A stretch of DNA of 54,314 nt, taken from positions 1-54,314 of IMG/VR virus record IMGVR_UViG_3300042868_004434; one strand, written 5' to 3'. A model generated the notes under the pieces. The model searched no databases and was not told the origin of the DNA. It saw only the letters and a program-made list of their open reading frames with translations. This document shows positions 17,201 through 25,932 of the stretch, piece by piece (positions within the stretch are counted from its first letter, which is position 1; every line of letters starts with the position of its first letter). The translations under genes were made by a program, and so were the position numbers. Origin of the DNA: a virus (Duplodnaviria; Caudoviricetes).

Positions 17201-18388
17201 ATGGCATTCAAAGACTTAAACCCGCACCAGAAGATAGTGTCCGTACATGTGGACATGCTCAAGCATCCAGAGTTCTGCATATTGGGTAGCGTCACGCAGG
17301 TGGGCAAGGTACTGCTTGACGATCTGCTACCTACGGCGGGCACCGATGGAGTTGACGTGCACTACAACCCGGAGTTCATATCGACGATGACGCGTAAGCA
17401 GCTACGCTATCTTGTGGCGCACGAAGCCGCACACCGGGCGCTCAAGCACTGCACCGACTACATGCCGATCAAGAAGAAGCACCCCAACGAGTTCGCGCAA
17501 GCGGTGGACTACGTGGTCAACGGCATCATCGAGTCTATGGACATTAAGGGAGACTTCCTTGAGCGCCCGACGACAGTGGCACCACTCATAGACGCGAAGT
17601 ATGCCGACAAGAGTGTGCCGGAAGTGGTGCGCATGCTACTGCAGAACCCGCCACCGCAGCAGCAGAAGCCTATGGACGAGCACATGGAGCCCGCAGCGGG
17701 TGAAGATGGCGAGGCTGGCCCCAAGGCCATGCAGGCAGCGCAGGAGGCCGTGGCCGAGGCTATGCGTCAAGGGGAGATAGTGCAGGTAGCACTGCGACAG
17801 CAGGCGGGTATAGGTACGGGCAACAACGCATTGTCGGGTTTTCGTGAGCAGAAGACAGACTGGCGCGGCCCGCTGCGTAGGTTCATTACGGACTTGTGCG
17901 AGGGCGACGAGCAGTCAAGGTTTAACCCACCCAACAGACGCTTCATGCCGCTGGGCATCATTCTGCCTTCTCACTTCAGTGAGGCTACGGGCGAGGTGGT
18001 GATCGCTTGCGATACCTCGGGCTCCATGTCCAGCATCCTACCTATGGTGTTCGGTGAGGTGGCTAACATCTGCAAGACCGTGACCCCGGCTAGTGTGCGT
18101 GTGTTGTGGTGGGATACCGAGGTGAAACTTGAGCAGAGGTTTACGCCCAAGGACTACGACAACATCGCCAAGCTGGTAGCGCCGCGCGGCGGCGGAGGGA
18201 CATCCGTATCGTGCGTGGCCAAGTACATGCGTGAGAAAAGCATCAAGCCTAAAGTCACAGTGGTCATTTCTGATGGCTACGTGGAGAGTAGCTACGAGAG
18301 CCCGGCAGGTAATCTGCTATGGGGCATCTGCGGAAATCGAGGGTTTCGCCCGCCACGCGGCAAGGTGCTGCACATAGAGGAGACATGA
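17201..18388 (+). CDS. DUF2201-type metallopeptidase-like plus VWA domain protein
   Basis: TAGTDG, HEAAH (HExxH), MIDAS DTSGS, GGGGT, ISDG. Confidence 0.85.
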   Translation: MAFKDLNPHQKIVSVHVDMLKHPEFCILGSVTQVGKVLLDDLLPTAGTDGVDVHYNPEFISTMTRKQLRYLVAHEAAHRALKHCTDYMPIKKKHPNEFAQAVDYVVNGIIESMDIKGDFLERPTTVAPLIDAKYADKSVPEVVRMLLQNPPPQQQKPMDEHMEPAAGEDGEAGPKAMQAAQEAVAEAMRQGEIVQVALRQQAGIGTGNNALSGFREQKTDWRGPLRRFITDLCEGDEQSRFNPPNRRFMPLGIILPSHFSEATGEVVIACDTSGSMSSILPMVFGEVANICKTVTPASVRVLWWDTEVKLEQRFTPKDYDNIAKLVAPRGGGGTSVSCVAKYMREKSIKPKVTVVISDGYVESSYESPAGNLLWGICGNRGFRPPRGKVLHIEET

Positions 18389-18735
18389 TGGCAAAGCCTA
18401 AAGGGTACAGGACGATAAGCGAAATAGCCGAGGAAGAGTTAGCCAAGACAGACGGCTCGCTTATACGTGCACCTTCGGGCACGGTGTTTATGAACGGCAG
18501 TGGCCGGATGTGGGATATGCAGAGGGCGTGGCAAGGACGGGAGCTGGAGCACTACACAGCGCGGCACTCTACTTGGGGGAACACGACACGCATAGCCCTG
18601 CACATTGCACTAACCTCCGAAACAGGACACGTACCGCTGTTCTACGTGAGCATAGACGGCAAGCTAACCGAAGAAGAGACCGAGCAAATGGCCGAGGTCT
18701 ATATGATGGCGCTTAACCTGCGCAGACAAGAGTAA
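18385..18735 (+). CDS. Hypothetical protein
   Basis: GAGGAG RBS, 116 aa; C-terminus resembles that of the next gene. Confidence 0.6.
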   Translation: MMAKPKGYRTISEIAEEELAKTDGSLIRAPSGTVFMNGSGRMWDMQRAWQGRELEHYTARHSTWGNTTRIALHIALTSETGHVPLFYVSIDGKLTEEETEQMAEVYMMALNLRRQE

Positions 18736-18752
18736 CTTTTTAGGAGAAAGAC

Positions 18753-19202
18753 ATGAGTAAATTAGTAGCAAGCGGGGACAGTTGCCACAACGCCCTTAGC
18801 GAGCGTGAGCAATATGAGATAGCTAAAATGAATGCAGCAATGCACAACCGCCATGTGTTCCAAGCGTGCGCGCAGCAAGATTATGCTAAGCAAACGGGCA
18901 TGGGCCTTCTTAGTGTCAGCGCTATGGGGGCTATTCAAGGTAACAGCTATCTAGAGGTCAAGCCCCAGTTTGGTGTACTGTACAGCGGAAAAGAGCCGCT
19001 GCCTGACGACTGGGCCGGGGCGAAGATAACTAGCTATAAGCGAGAGCCGCGCGAAACAGGGTGGCTGATTACGTTCGTGAGCAAGTGGGACTCGGGGCTG
19101 CGTATCCAACTATGGCTTGACCTTGAAGCGGTTAATGGTACTGAGGCCCACACCATCGCGGCCACGTACATGGAAGCGCTAAACCAACGGAGGGTGGGGT
19201 AG
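18753..19202 (+). CDS. Hypothetical protein
   Basis: TAGGAG RBS, 149 aa. Confidence 0.65.
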   Translation: MSKLVASGDSCHNALSEREQYEIAKMNAAMHNRHVFQACAQQDYAKQTGMGLLSVSAMGAIQGNSYLEVKPQFGVLYSGKEPLPDDWAGAKITSYKREPRETGWLITFVSKWDSGLRIQLWLDLEAVNGTEAHTIAATYMEALNQRRVG

Positions 19203-19316
19203 CTGCCTCGCCCGAATAGTCAAAACATTTTTAGGAGAAATATATGGCAGTCAAGCAGCACCGGATTGCGGACAATAAGAATCTCCAGTACATTAGCAGG
19301 ACTGGAGGGAACGCAA

Positions 19317-19811
19317 ATGAAGCAGATCACACAAAAACGGCTAAAAGAAGTATTGCACTACGACAAGGCAACAGGACTTTTTCTTTGGAAACAAAAGCGC
19401 GGGCGACAGGGCGCGGGTTCTATTGCGGGCAGCGCCACAGGAAGTGGCGGGTATGTGAGACTTATGGTAGATGGGCAGTTGTACTTGGCTCACCGGTTGG
19501 TATTCTTGTATGTGGAAGGGTCTATGCCAAAAAAGGATGTGGATCACAGAAACGGCCTGCGTACCGACAACAGGTATGCGAATCTGCGGCAAGTTACGCG
19601 GAGCACCAACAACCAAAACCAAAGAAAACCGCACCCGCGCAGTGCGACTGGTTTTCTTGGCGTGCGGTTAGATAAACGGTATGGGAGATACTATGCGTCT
19701 ATCTATTATGACGGACGAAAACACGGGCTCGGCGGCTACACCACGCCTGAAGAAGCGCATGCCGCATATGTGGCAGCAAAAAGAAAACATCATTTAGGTT
19801 GCACGATTTAG
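19317..19811 (+). CDS. HNH endonuclease with a C-terminal AP2-like DNA-binding domain
   Basis: LHYDKATGLF.W, AHRL, VDHRNGLRTDNRYANLR..T...N..N, TGFLGV...YYASI...LG.Y.T.EEAH.AY; GGAGG RBS. Confidence 0.9.
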   Translation: MKQITQKRLKEVLHYDKATGLFLWKQKRGRQGAGSIAGSATGSGGYVRLMVDGQLYLAHRLVFLYVEGSMPKKDVDHRNGLRTDNRYANLRQVTRSTNNQNQRKPHPRSATGFLGVRLDKRYGRYYASIYYDGRKHGLGGYTTPEEAHAAYVAAKRKHHLGCTI

Positions 19812-19820
19812 GAGAAAGAC

Positions 19821-20702
19821 ATGTCAGCCAATTTTAATTTGGATAGCATCGCACTACTTGTAGAGTTCAACAGTTCCATTTGGACTGCGAGGCGGCTTGA
19901 TAGAAACAAATCAACGGAGGTAGTACAGAAAGCCAGCGCGCAGCAAAAAGGCGCAGCGCGGGTGACGAAGAACCTGCTCGCAGGCAGGCCCGAGCTGGAG
20001 GAGATCACGTCCTTAGTGGGCGCAGCGCGCACCTATGTGTACGACAACACCTTGCCTTGGTCTAACAACGGGCAGCGCCTACTGGTTACAACACGCCTAC
20101 CAAAGTTCGATGCGCGCATGCAGTTGTTCAAGGAGGAGTTCGAAGCCAAGGTAGACGGCTTCGTCAGCGTGTACCCAACGCTCATTACGGCGCAAGCTAT
20201 GGCGCTGGGTGACATGTTCAACCGCGCGGAGTTCCCGCAGGCGTCCGAGATACGTACCAAGTTCGCGTTCTCTTTTGACTACCTGCCCGTGCCTGCAGCG
20301 GGGGACATTCGCGTGGACATTGGTACCCAAGCCCAAGAGGAGCTACGCGAGCGCCTAGAGCACATGTCTGTTGTGCGGGTGGAGAAAGCTATGGCCGAGA
20401 TCAATGAGAAGCTCAGCACTCATTTGCGCAGGATGGCGGACAGGCTTACTACGGACACAAACCCCGACACCGGAGAAGGAACGGTAAGAAGGTTCACAGA
20501 CACGCTAGTGTCTGGTGCACTAGAGTTATGTGATCTGGTGGCTGACTACAACGTAACAGGGGACGCGACCCTTGCGCAAGCTAGACGGCAGCTTGAGACC
20601 GCGCTTAGCGGCGTGACTGCCCAGACCCTAAGAGATGACCCGGCCAAGCGTGAAGACGTGCGCACTGCGGTCAACGACATCCTAAACAAGTTCACTTTCT
20701 GA
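19821..20702 (+). CDS. DUF3150-like protein
   Basis: 293 aa; IWTARRLD, V.KNLL, TLPW...G.RLL, F.FDY; this family usually accompanies AAA and VWA genes. Confidence 0.55.
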   Translation: MSANFNLDSIALLVEFNSSIWTARRLDRNKSTEVVQKASAQQKGAARVTKNLLAGRPELEEITSLVGAARTYVYDNTLPWSNNGQRLLVTTRLPKFDARMQLFKEEFEAKVDGFVSVYPTLITAQAMALGDMFNRAEFPQASEIRTKFAFSFDYLPVPAAGDIRVDIGTQAQEELRERLEHMSVVRVEKAMAEINEKLSTHLRRMADRLTTDTNPDTGEGTVRRFTDTLVSGALELCDLVADYNVTGDATLAQARRQLETALSGVTAQTLRDDPAKREDVRTAVNDILNKFTF

Positions 20703-20720
20703 TAGGGGTTTACCCCTATC
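20701..20720. promoter_or_regulatory. Perfect dyad GATAGGGG-TTTA-CCCCTATC followed by TACAAT repeats
   Basis: 8-bp inverted repeat; TACAATACAATACAAT (-10-like) starts 10 nt downstream. Confidence 0.5.
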
Positions 20721-20762
20721 CCGAGTGGCGTACAATACAATACAATGTACAGAACTAAACAA

Positions 20763-20891
20763 ATGAAAACCCTCTATGTCATATTCGCATTGTTTGCCGC
20801 ATACGCACTGGCAAAAAATCCCGAAGAAAAGAAACCCGCAGGCGACCCACTACCAGCACACTACCCAACCAAAGGAAAGGGCAAACCATGA
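20763..20891 (+). CDS. Putative 42-aa secreted peptide
   Basis: Read by hand: MKTLYVIFALFAAYALA-KNPEEKKPAGDPLPAHYPTKGKGKP*; ATGA overlap with the next gene; weak RBS. Confidence 0.4.
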   Translation: MKTLYVIFALFAAYALAKNPEEKKPAGDPLPAHYPTKGKGKP

Positions 20892-21088
20892 CCACAACAC
20901 TCATCGGCGCACTGTGCATTGTCGCACTCGCTATTCTTGTCGGTTGCGTTCTCAGCAGCCGCTGGTTCGACGCTTATATGCGCGACATGGACGCGAGAGA
21001 CAAGCAAGTTGAGCGCGACACTGACCGTTTGTTGGACAAAGCCAACGCCGAGTACGTTGCACGCCAAAGATTGAAGGGGCCAAAGTGA
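20888..21088 (+). CDS. Small membrane-anchored protein
   Basis: 66 aa with an N-terminal hydrophobic helix. Confidence 0.6.
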   Translation: MTTTLIGALCIVALAILVGCVLSSRWFDAYMRDMDARDKQVERDTDRLLDKANAEYVARQRLKGPK

Positions 21089-21369
21089 ACACCTACACAC
21101 TGACTCAGGCGCAATACGACGAATTGCATGAAACTTTTGCTAATCGAGATATTTTGCGCATTCTTAAGTCGCTCCAACCGAACCCAGCACCAATGAGCAA
21201 AGAAGACATGGTGAAGGTGTTGGAGGCTTTGAAGGAAACAAATAAAGAATGGAAATCATTTGCAGATAGTGGTGACGCTGGGTTTTGGAGTGCAGAAGAA
21301 CAACCATATTACCAAGCCACGGAAAAAGCCATCACCATCATGCAATCAGCTATTGAAGGAATGAAATGA
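21085..21369 (+). CDS. Hypothetical protein
   Basis: GTGA overlap, 94 aa. Confidence 0.6.
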   Translation: MNTYTLTQAQYDELHETFANRDILRILKSLQPNPAPMSKEDMVKVLEALKETNKEWKSFADSGDAGFWSAEEQPYYQATEKAITIMQSAIEGMK

Positions 21370-21578
21370 GCAAACTAAAGCTAACCGGATGGTACCCAGG
21401 TGACCAAAAGCCTGTGCGCAAGGGCTTCTATCAAGTTGATACTCCCGGATGTAATGGGAATAAATACTCATATTGGAATGGCCTTTTTTTGAATTTTGTA
21501 CCAGAGCGCCTGAATTTGCATGCGTCAGACAAATGTCTCTGGATATGCAATCAACCAATGCCAAATGGCGAGGACTAG
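21366..21578 (+). CDS. Hypothetical phage protein
   Basis: LTGWYP..QKPVRKG.Y...YWNG motif; ATGA overlap. Confidence 0.6.
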   Translation: MSKLKLTGWYPGDQKPVRKGFYQVDTPGCNGNKYSYWNGLFLNFVPERLNLHASDKCLWICNQPMPNGED

Positions 21579-21582
21579 CTAA

Positions 21583-21882
21583 ATGACTACAACCACTAAC
21601 CTGATAGAGCTTGCAGACGCGTATGCCCTACGCATGGACTTATCCGAAGAATCTGTCGCTACACAAGAGGACGCTGGGTATGTCGTGCCAACTATTGAGC
21701 AAACACGTAATGCGTTGATTGAAGCACTAGAAGCCCAAGCCAAGCAGATAGAGGCGCTGCAAGCTGATGCTGAGAGGTATCGCTATTGGCGCAATCGCTA
21801 TCCAGAAACATTCGCACCGACTGATTTAAAGCCGGAAGACATTGACCGGATTACCGACGCAGCCCGCAAAGGAAACGTATGA
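21583..21882 (+). CDS. Hypothetical protein (Ead/Ea22-like C-terminal motif)
   Basis: DAERYRYWR...ID...DAA. Confidence 0.6.
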   Translation: MTTTTNLIELADAYALRMDLSEESVATQEDAGYVVPTIEQTRNALIEALEAQAKQIEALQADAERYRYWRNRYPETFAPTDLKPEDIDRITDAARKGNV

Positions 21883-23213
21883 GCAATATTAAAACTTGGA
21901 AGCAACTCCTAAATGAGCGCATTGGCGATATGCAGATAACTACAAACGATGATGTACGCCTAGCCATGCAAGACCACATTGATGCGTTGACCGAAGCCCT
22001 CAAGGTGGCGCAGTCTGTAAATGTTTTGCTTAGAAAAACAAGAGAAACAGCTAGGGCAGAACGTGACGCACTACAAACCCAGCGCGATATGTGGGAGTCT
22101 ATGTTCAAAGAGGTTCGTGCAGAACGTGACGCACTGCAAGCCAAGCTATCCGCGACTGAAGCGCAGAAGTTTACGGTACATGAGCGCTCTTTTATTTATG
22201 ACACGCATGGAAGATGCCTGCCCACATTGACATTGGCGTTTAACCCTGATGACTGGGGTTCAAGGGATAATTTTGCAGCCCCCGTAGCACCCGCCCAGCC
22301 AGTGAATGAACTGGTGGAGGCGTTGGAGCACGCTGTTGAAATAGCCGAAGGAAAGCGCGATGGCACTTGGGACGATTTGCTCCAATACCGGGCCACCATA
22401 GCCCACGCCAAGCTAGACAAGCTAGCGGCACTGAGTGAGCAGGCAGACCTTTATTCAGAGTTTACCAAAGCAGCCCAGCCGACACTTGAAAAGCTGCGAG
22501 AGTACGTTTTGAAGCATGCGCCTGATTATCCCGGCATCGAAAAAGCTGAGCCTTGGGAGCAGTTGTACGCACTGGTAACAACGCTTGAGGGGATAAAGGC
22601 CGCAAACGAAGACTTGCATAAATTGCTCGCCCAGCCACTCACCAAAGAGCAGGTACAGCCAGCTAAATATGGCTCACCGAACAACAAAATCCGGCGCGAC
22701 TATGACCGCGTGCTGACAAAAAGCTCTGCGTTTTATCTTGACCCCATATCTAAAAAATGGATTTTCCAAGAGGATGGTTTGTATAGCGTAGGTGGAAAAA
22801 TCATCAACGCGAAGAATGGCGATGTACTTGCTGCGTCTGGTGAGCAGGTACAGCAACTCACCAAAGAGCAGGTGCAGCCAGCGCAAGGGCTAAACCCCCT
22901 ATGGAAAGAAACGCACCCGGACAAGCTGATTGAGCCAGCGCAAGGGGAGCGCGAACAGATTATTCGCAAGCTAAAGCGTGATGTGCAATGGGTTCCCGGA
23001 AAGCACTACGTTACCCAGCTTGAAGATATCATGGATGAAGCCGCCGCCCTCCTGCAATCCAACGCAGAGCGGGTGCCGCTGACACCAGCGCAGCGAGTGG
23101 ACATTGCCGATGCATGCGCAAATCTTGACTATGACGGCAATTTTCTAGGCGACCTTGGAAAGATTATTGATCTGGTCGAAGCCGCCCATGGAATAACGAA
23201 AGGCCAACAATGA
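21879..23213 (+). CDS. Mosaic hypothetical protein (444 aa)
   Basis: Coiled-coil segments and internal repeats AERDALQ x2 and LTKEQVQPA x2. Confidence 0.7.
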   Translation: MSNIKTWKQLLNERIGDMQITTNDDVRLAMQDHIDALTEALKVAQSVNVLLRKTRETARAERDALQTQRDMWESMFKEVRAERDALQAKLSATEAQKFTVHERSFIYDTHGRCLPTLTLAFNPDDWGSRDNFAAPVAPAQPVNELVEALEHAVEIAEGKRDGTWDDLLQYRATIAHAKLDKLAALSEQADLYSEFTKAAQPTLEKLREYVLKHAPDYPGIEKAEPWEQLYALVTTLEGIKAANEDLHKLLAQPLTKEQVQPAKYGSPNNKIRRDYDRVLTKSSAFYLDPISKKWIFQEDGLYSVGGKIINAKNGDVLAASGEQVQQLTKEQVQPAQGLNPLWKETHPDKLIEPAQGEREQIIRKLKRDVQWVPGKHYVTQLEDIMDEAAALLQSNAERVPLTPAQRVDIADACANLDYDGNFLGDLGKIIDLVEAAHGITKGQQ

Positions 23214-23386
23214 CACCACCTAAAGCAGACACATTGCACGGAGCTTGGTATTACACCTATGGCAAAGGCTCGCACATGAATCTTGCTGGGAAACTACTTA
23301 TAGGCGTTCCGCTTTTCCCATTCATGGCGCTTTTTGTTTTGACGTGGTTGGCCCTAGATAGCTTGTTTACGAAAGGCCAACAATGA
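23210..23386 (+). CDS. Small membrane protein (58 aa)
   Basis: Read by hand: MTPPKAD...LLIGVPLFPFMALFVLTWLAL...TKGQQ*; ATGA overlaps at both ends. Confidence 0.6.
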   Translation: MTPPKADTLHGAWYYTYGKGSHMNLAGKLLIGVPLFPFMALFVLTWLALDSLFTKGQQ

Positions 23387-23910
23387 AAGAATACATTACA
23401 CAAGAGCAGGTGGATGCATTGGTTTCCGGATTTGGCGGGGTTGTGCCGTTCTACAGGGCGATGAATAAGCAAGATGCACACGCCCTTTGCAACGCCGCTA
23501 TACAGCACTACAGAGACAGCCTAGTGGCTGGGGAGTTGCCTGAGCTTGTTGCAAATGCCGTACATAAAGGTGAATTGGTTTACACAGCCGACCAACTACG
23601 CCAAGCAATAGCCGATGCGCTGGCGAAGCAAGATGTACGCGCCCCAATGTTCAAATTCAGAGAGTGTGAGGATTCGCAGGCAATGCAAGAGCCCGATTAC
23701 GAGCAATCGGAAACGTATTTGCGCGCAGAGGAAGCGAAGCAAGTGCCGCAGGGTTACAAGTTGGTTCCAGAGACACCGACAAACGACATGACTGTGGCAA
23801 TGGCAAACGCTTTAGAAGACCCTGAAAACGAGCGATCTAGCTGGGATTTAGCGGAGAACATGTACGCAGCAATGTTAGCAGCCGCACCAGACCCAAAGGA
23901 GGGGGCATGA
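23383..23910 (+). CDS. Mosaic hypothetical protein (Eaa-like C-terminal module)
   Basis: VPQGYKLVP..PT.DM...Y.AMLAAAP. Confidence 0.65.
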   Translation: MKEYITQEQVDALVSGFGGVVPFYRAMNKQDAHALCNAAIQHYRDSLVAGELPELVANAVHKGELVYTADQLRQAIADALAKQDVRAPMFKFRECEDSQAMQEPDYEQSETYLRAEEAKQVPQGYKLVPETPTNDMTVAMANALEDPENERSSWDLAENMYAAMLAAAPDPKEGA

Positions 23911-24053
23911 CTAAAGAACAAATACTAGACACGATCAAATTACTCAGCGCACTAGAGGCGTGGAGCTTTGCGGAAAAGCACCGCTTGCCTGATTACTTGC
24001 TTGAAAATTTAGACAAGATTGTGGAAGTGCTTAGTGCTGAGGTGTTGAAGTGA
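23907..24053 (+). CDS. Small hypothetical protein (48 aa)
   Basis: Read by hand: AAGGAGG RBS, MTKEQILDTIKLLSALEAWSF...; coupled at both ends. Confidence 0.6.
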   Translation: MTKEQILDTIKLLSALEAWSFAEKHRLPDYLLENLDKIVEVLSAEVLK

Positions 24054-24256
24054 CCCACACCATCAACACAACAGAGGCCACTGCGGTGGCGAACGAGGTG
24101 TACCTGCAACCTATGGACACCTGCCCTGTGGGGGTGAAGGTGCAGCTAGAGAATCCCGGTGGCGTCCTTGTCTACGGTATGTGGGACGGCAAACCCCACC
24201 ACTGGAAATCATGGGCACCACTACCACGAAGAAGGAAACCCGATGCCGAGACCTAA
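24050..24256 (+). CDS. DUF551-like small protein
   Basis: QPMDTCP.G.KV.L....W..WAPLP. Confidence 0.6.
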   Translation: MTHTINTTEATAVANEVYLQPMDTCPVGVKVQLENPGGVLVYGMWDGKPHHWKSWAPLPRRRKPDAET

Positions 24257-24497
24257 GCCGCCAGAGCCCTTGAAGCCGCGCGCAGTACGTATGTCCGACA
24301 CGGAGTGGGAGACTTTCAAAAACATAGGTGGTAGCGACTGGCTACGCAGTAGGTTGAAGAAGTTAAACTTAACGGGTATCGCCAAAAGACAACGTAACCA
24401 GCGTATTCGCAAAGCTGCGTTGATGGGTAAATCCGACGCGCAAATCGGCAAAGAGTTCAATATTGACAGAAGCACAGTTTGGAGAATCTTAAAATGA
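24243..24497 (+). CDS. Putative DNA-binding regulator (RHH-like N-terminus plus HTH)
   Basis: MPRPK...VRMSD.EW..F..IGG.DWLR, then GKSDAQIGKEFNIDRSTVWRILK. Confidence 0.7.
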   Translation: MPRPKPPEPLKPRAVRMSDTEWETFKNIGGSDWLRSRLKKLNLTGIAKRQRNQRIRKAALMGKSDAQIGKEFNIDRSTVWRILK

Positions 24498-24508
24498 AAG
24501 GAAGCGTA

Positions 24509-24697
24509 ATGCAATACACAGCGTACAACAACAAAGAGTTAGTTCGTATGGTGGACAACAACCCGCAGGCAAGCGTGCTAGAGCGCGAGCTGGCGAACCG
24601 GATAGACGAGCTAACGGTGGAGGTAGACATGGTTCAACACCTGCTAGACAAGGCGCTGAACCGTTCTGCATTTCTGGGGGCTATCCATGCACAATGA
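24509..24697 (+). CDS. Hypothetical protein
   Basis: AAGGA RBS, 62 aa. Confidence 0.55.
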   Translation: MQYTAYNNKELVRMVDNNPQASVLERELANRIDELTVEVDMVQHLLDKALNRSAFLGAIHAQ

Positions 24698-24896
24698 ACA
24701 AGCCGCATTCCATTGGCAGGGACAACCCTCTATCTTCGCAAAAGACCCCGTGTTTAACGGCGTACGCACGGCAGTCGCGGAGCGGGCCGCAGAGAATGTA
24801 ACGCAGACGGTGTATCTGCGGGGCTCCAATGTGTTCCTAGCGAATACAGGACGCCAAGTCATTGCGCATAGTAAAGCTAAACCAAGGGGCGGATGA
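24687..24896 (+). CDS. Hypothetical protein
   Basis: 69 aa in the operon chain. Confidence 0.55.
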   Translation: MHNEQAAFHWQGQPSIFAKDPVFNGVRTAVAERAAENVTQTVYLRGSNVFLANTGRQVIAHSKAKPRGG

Positions 24897-25087
24897 TGGC
24901 CGACACACCGGACTTCAGTACTTGGAGTAAAGCAACACTCATACTGTTCTGTGAGCGCGCTTACGAACGTATGCAGCACGACCAAGAAGAAATAGCCTCC
25001 CTGAAGGCCACGGTAAAAGACGCCATTCAGGCGTACCGAGAACTAATCATCAACCATGAAAAGGAAAAGCAAAATGTCAGTAACTAA
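24893..25087 (+). CDS. Hypothetical protein
   Basis: 64 aa, PDFSTWS motif and coiled coil. Confidence 0.6.
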   Translation: MMADTPDFSTWSKATLILFCERAYERMQHDQEEIASLKATVKDAIQAYRELIINHEKEKQNVSN

Positions 25088-25355
25088 TATCGACACCACA
25101 CTAAACGAACGCGGCGCACGCTACGGCACTTTCCAAGGCCATGCCGAAGTCACACAACACCTTAAAGCGTACTACCGCGAACAGTTGGCCAAACGAGGCA
25201 AGACGCTGGAAGCCGACCAGTACGAAGCATTGGACATGGTGATGCACAAGATAGGGCGCATCGTAAACGGCGACCCGGACTACGCTGACTCGTGGGTTGA
25301 TGTGGCCGGGTATGCCAAGCTGGTTGCAGATCGTTTGGAAGGCGTAGTGCGATGA
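25074..25355 (+). CDS. DUF6378-family protein
   Basis: L.ERG..YG.F, KIGRI.NGDP.Y.DSWVD.AGYA. Confidence 0.75.
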   Translation: MSVTNIDTTLNERGARYGTFQGHAEVTQHLKAYYREQLAKRGKTLEADQYEALDMVMHKIGRIVNGDPDYADSWVDVAGYAKLVADRLEGVVR

Positions 25356-25681
25356 CCCCCGAGGCCAAGGTCAAGAACGCAATCAAGAAAGTGCTGGAAA
25401 CTTCCGGCATCTACTTCATCATGCCTATGGGCACCGGGTATGGCAAGTCCGGTGTGGCTGACTTCGTTGCCTGCCACAAGGGTAAGTTCCTCGCTATCGA
25501 AGCCAAGGCCGGTAAAGGGCGCACCACAGCGCTGCAAGACCGGGAGCTACAGCGCGTACGCAACGCGGGCGGCGTGGCCATCGTAGTCAGTGACAAGCCC
25601 GAGGACTTTGTGATGCTGGGCAACACCATTGAGACCATGAAGGGCAAGAACGTAATTGAAGAAATGAAGGAAGAAATATGA
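25352..25681 (+). CDS. VRR-NUC domain nuclease
   Basis: PEAKVK, SGVADF...G.F.AIEAKAGKG..T.LQ...GG.A.V. Confidence 0.85.
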   Translation: MTPEAKVKNAIKKVLETSGIYFIMPMGTGYGKSGVADFVACHKGKFLAIEAKAGKGRTTALQDRELQRVRNAGGVAIVVSDKPEDFVMLGNTIETMKGKNVIEEMKEEI

Positions 25682-25932
25682 CTACCTACTCAAAAGAAAA
25701 ATACGACGCACTCGACGAGGAAGACAAGAACGTGATCGACGACATGTTGGAGGTAGCCATCGAAGCGCTCTCTACTGGACAAGGTGCCGCGATCATGCTT
25801 GTCGATGTTAACGGTGTGGGCGTGGCGCAGCTACTAGCCGCAGGTAATCAGCTGCTTATAGAGCCGCTGCTGCGCAGCGCGGAGAGCGTGTGCGAGAAGG
25901 TCTTCAGCAACCACACCGGGGTGGTACAGTGA
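25678..25932 (+). CDS. Hypothetical protein
   Basis: 84 aa, ATGA overlap. Confidence 0.6.
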   Translation: MTTYSKEKYDALDEEDKNVIDDMLEVAIEALSTGQGAAIMLVDVNGVGVAQLLAAGNQLLIEPLLRSAESVCEKVFSNHTGVVQ

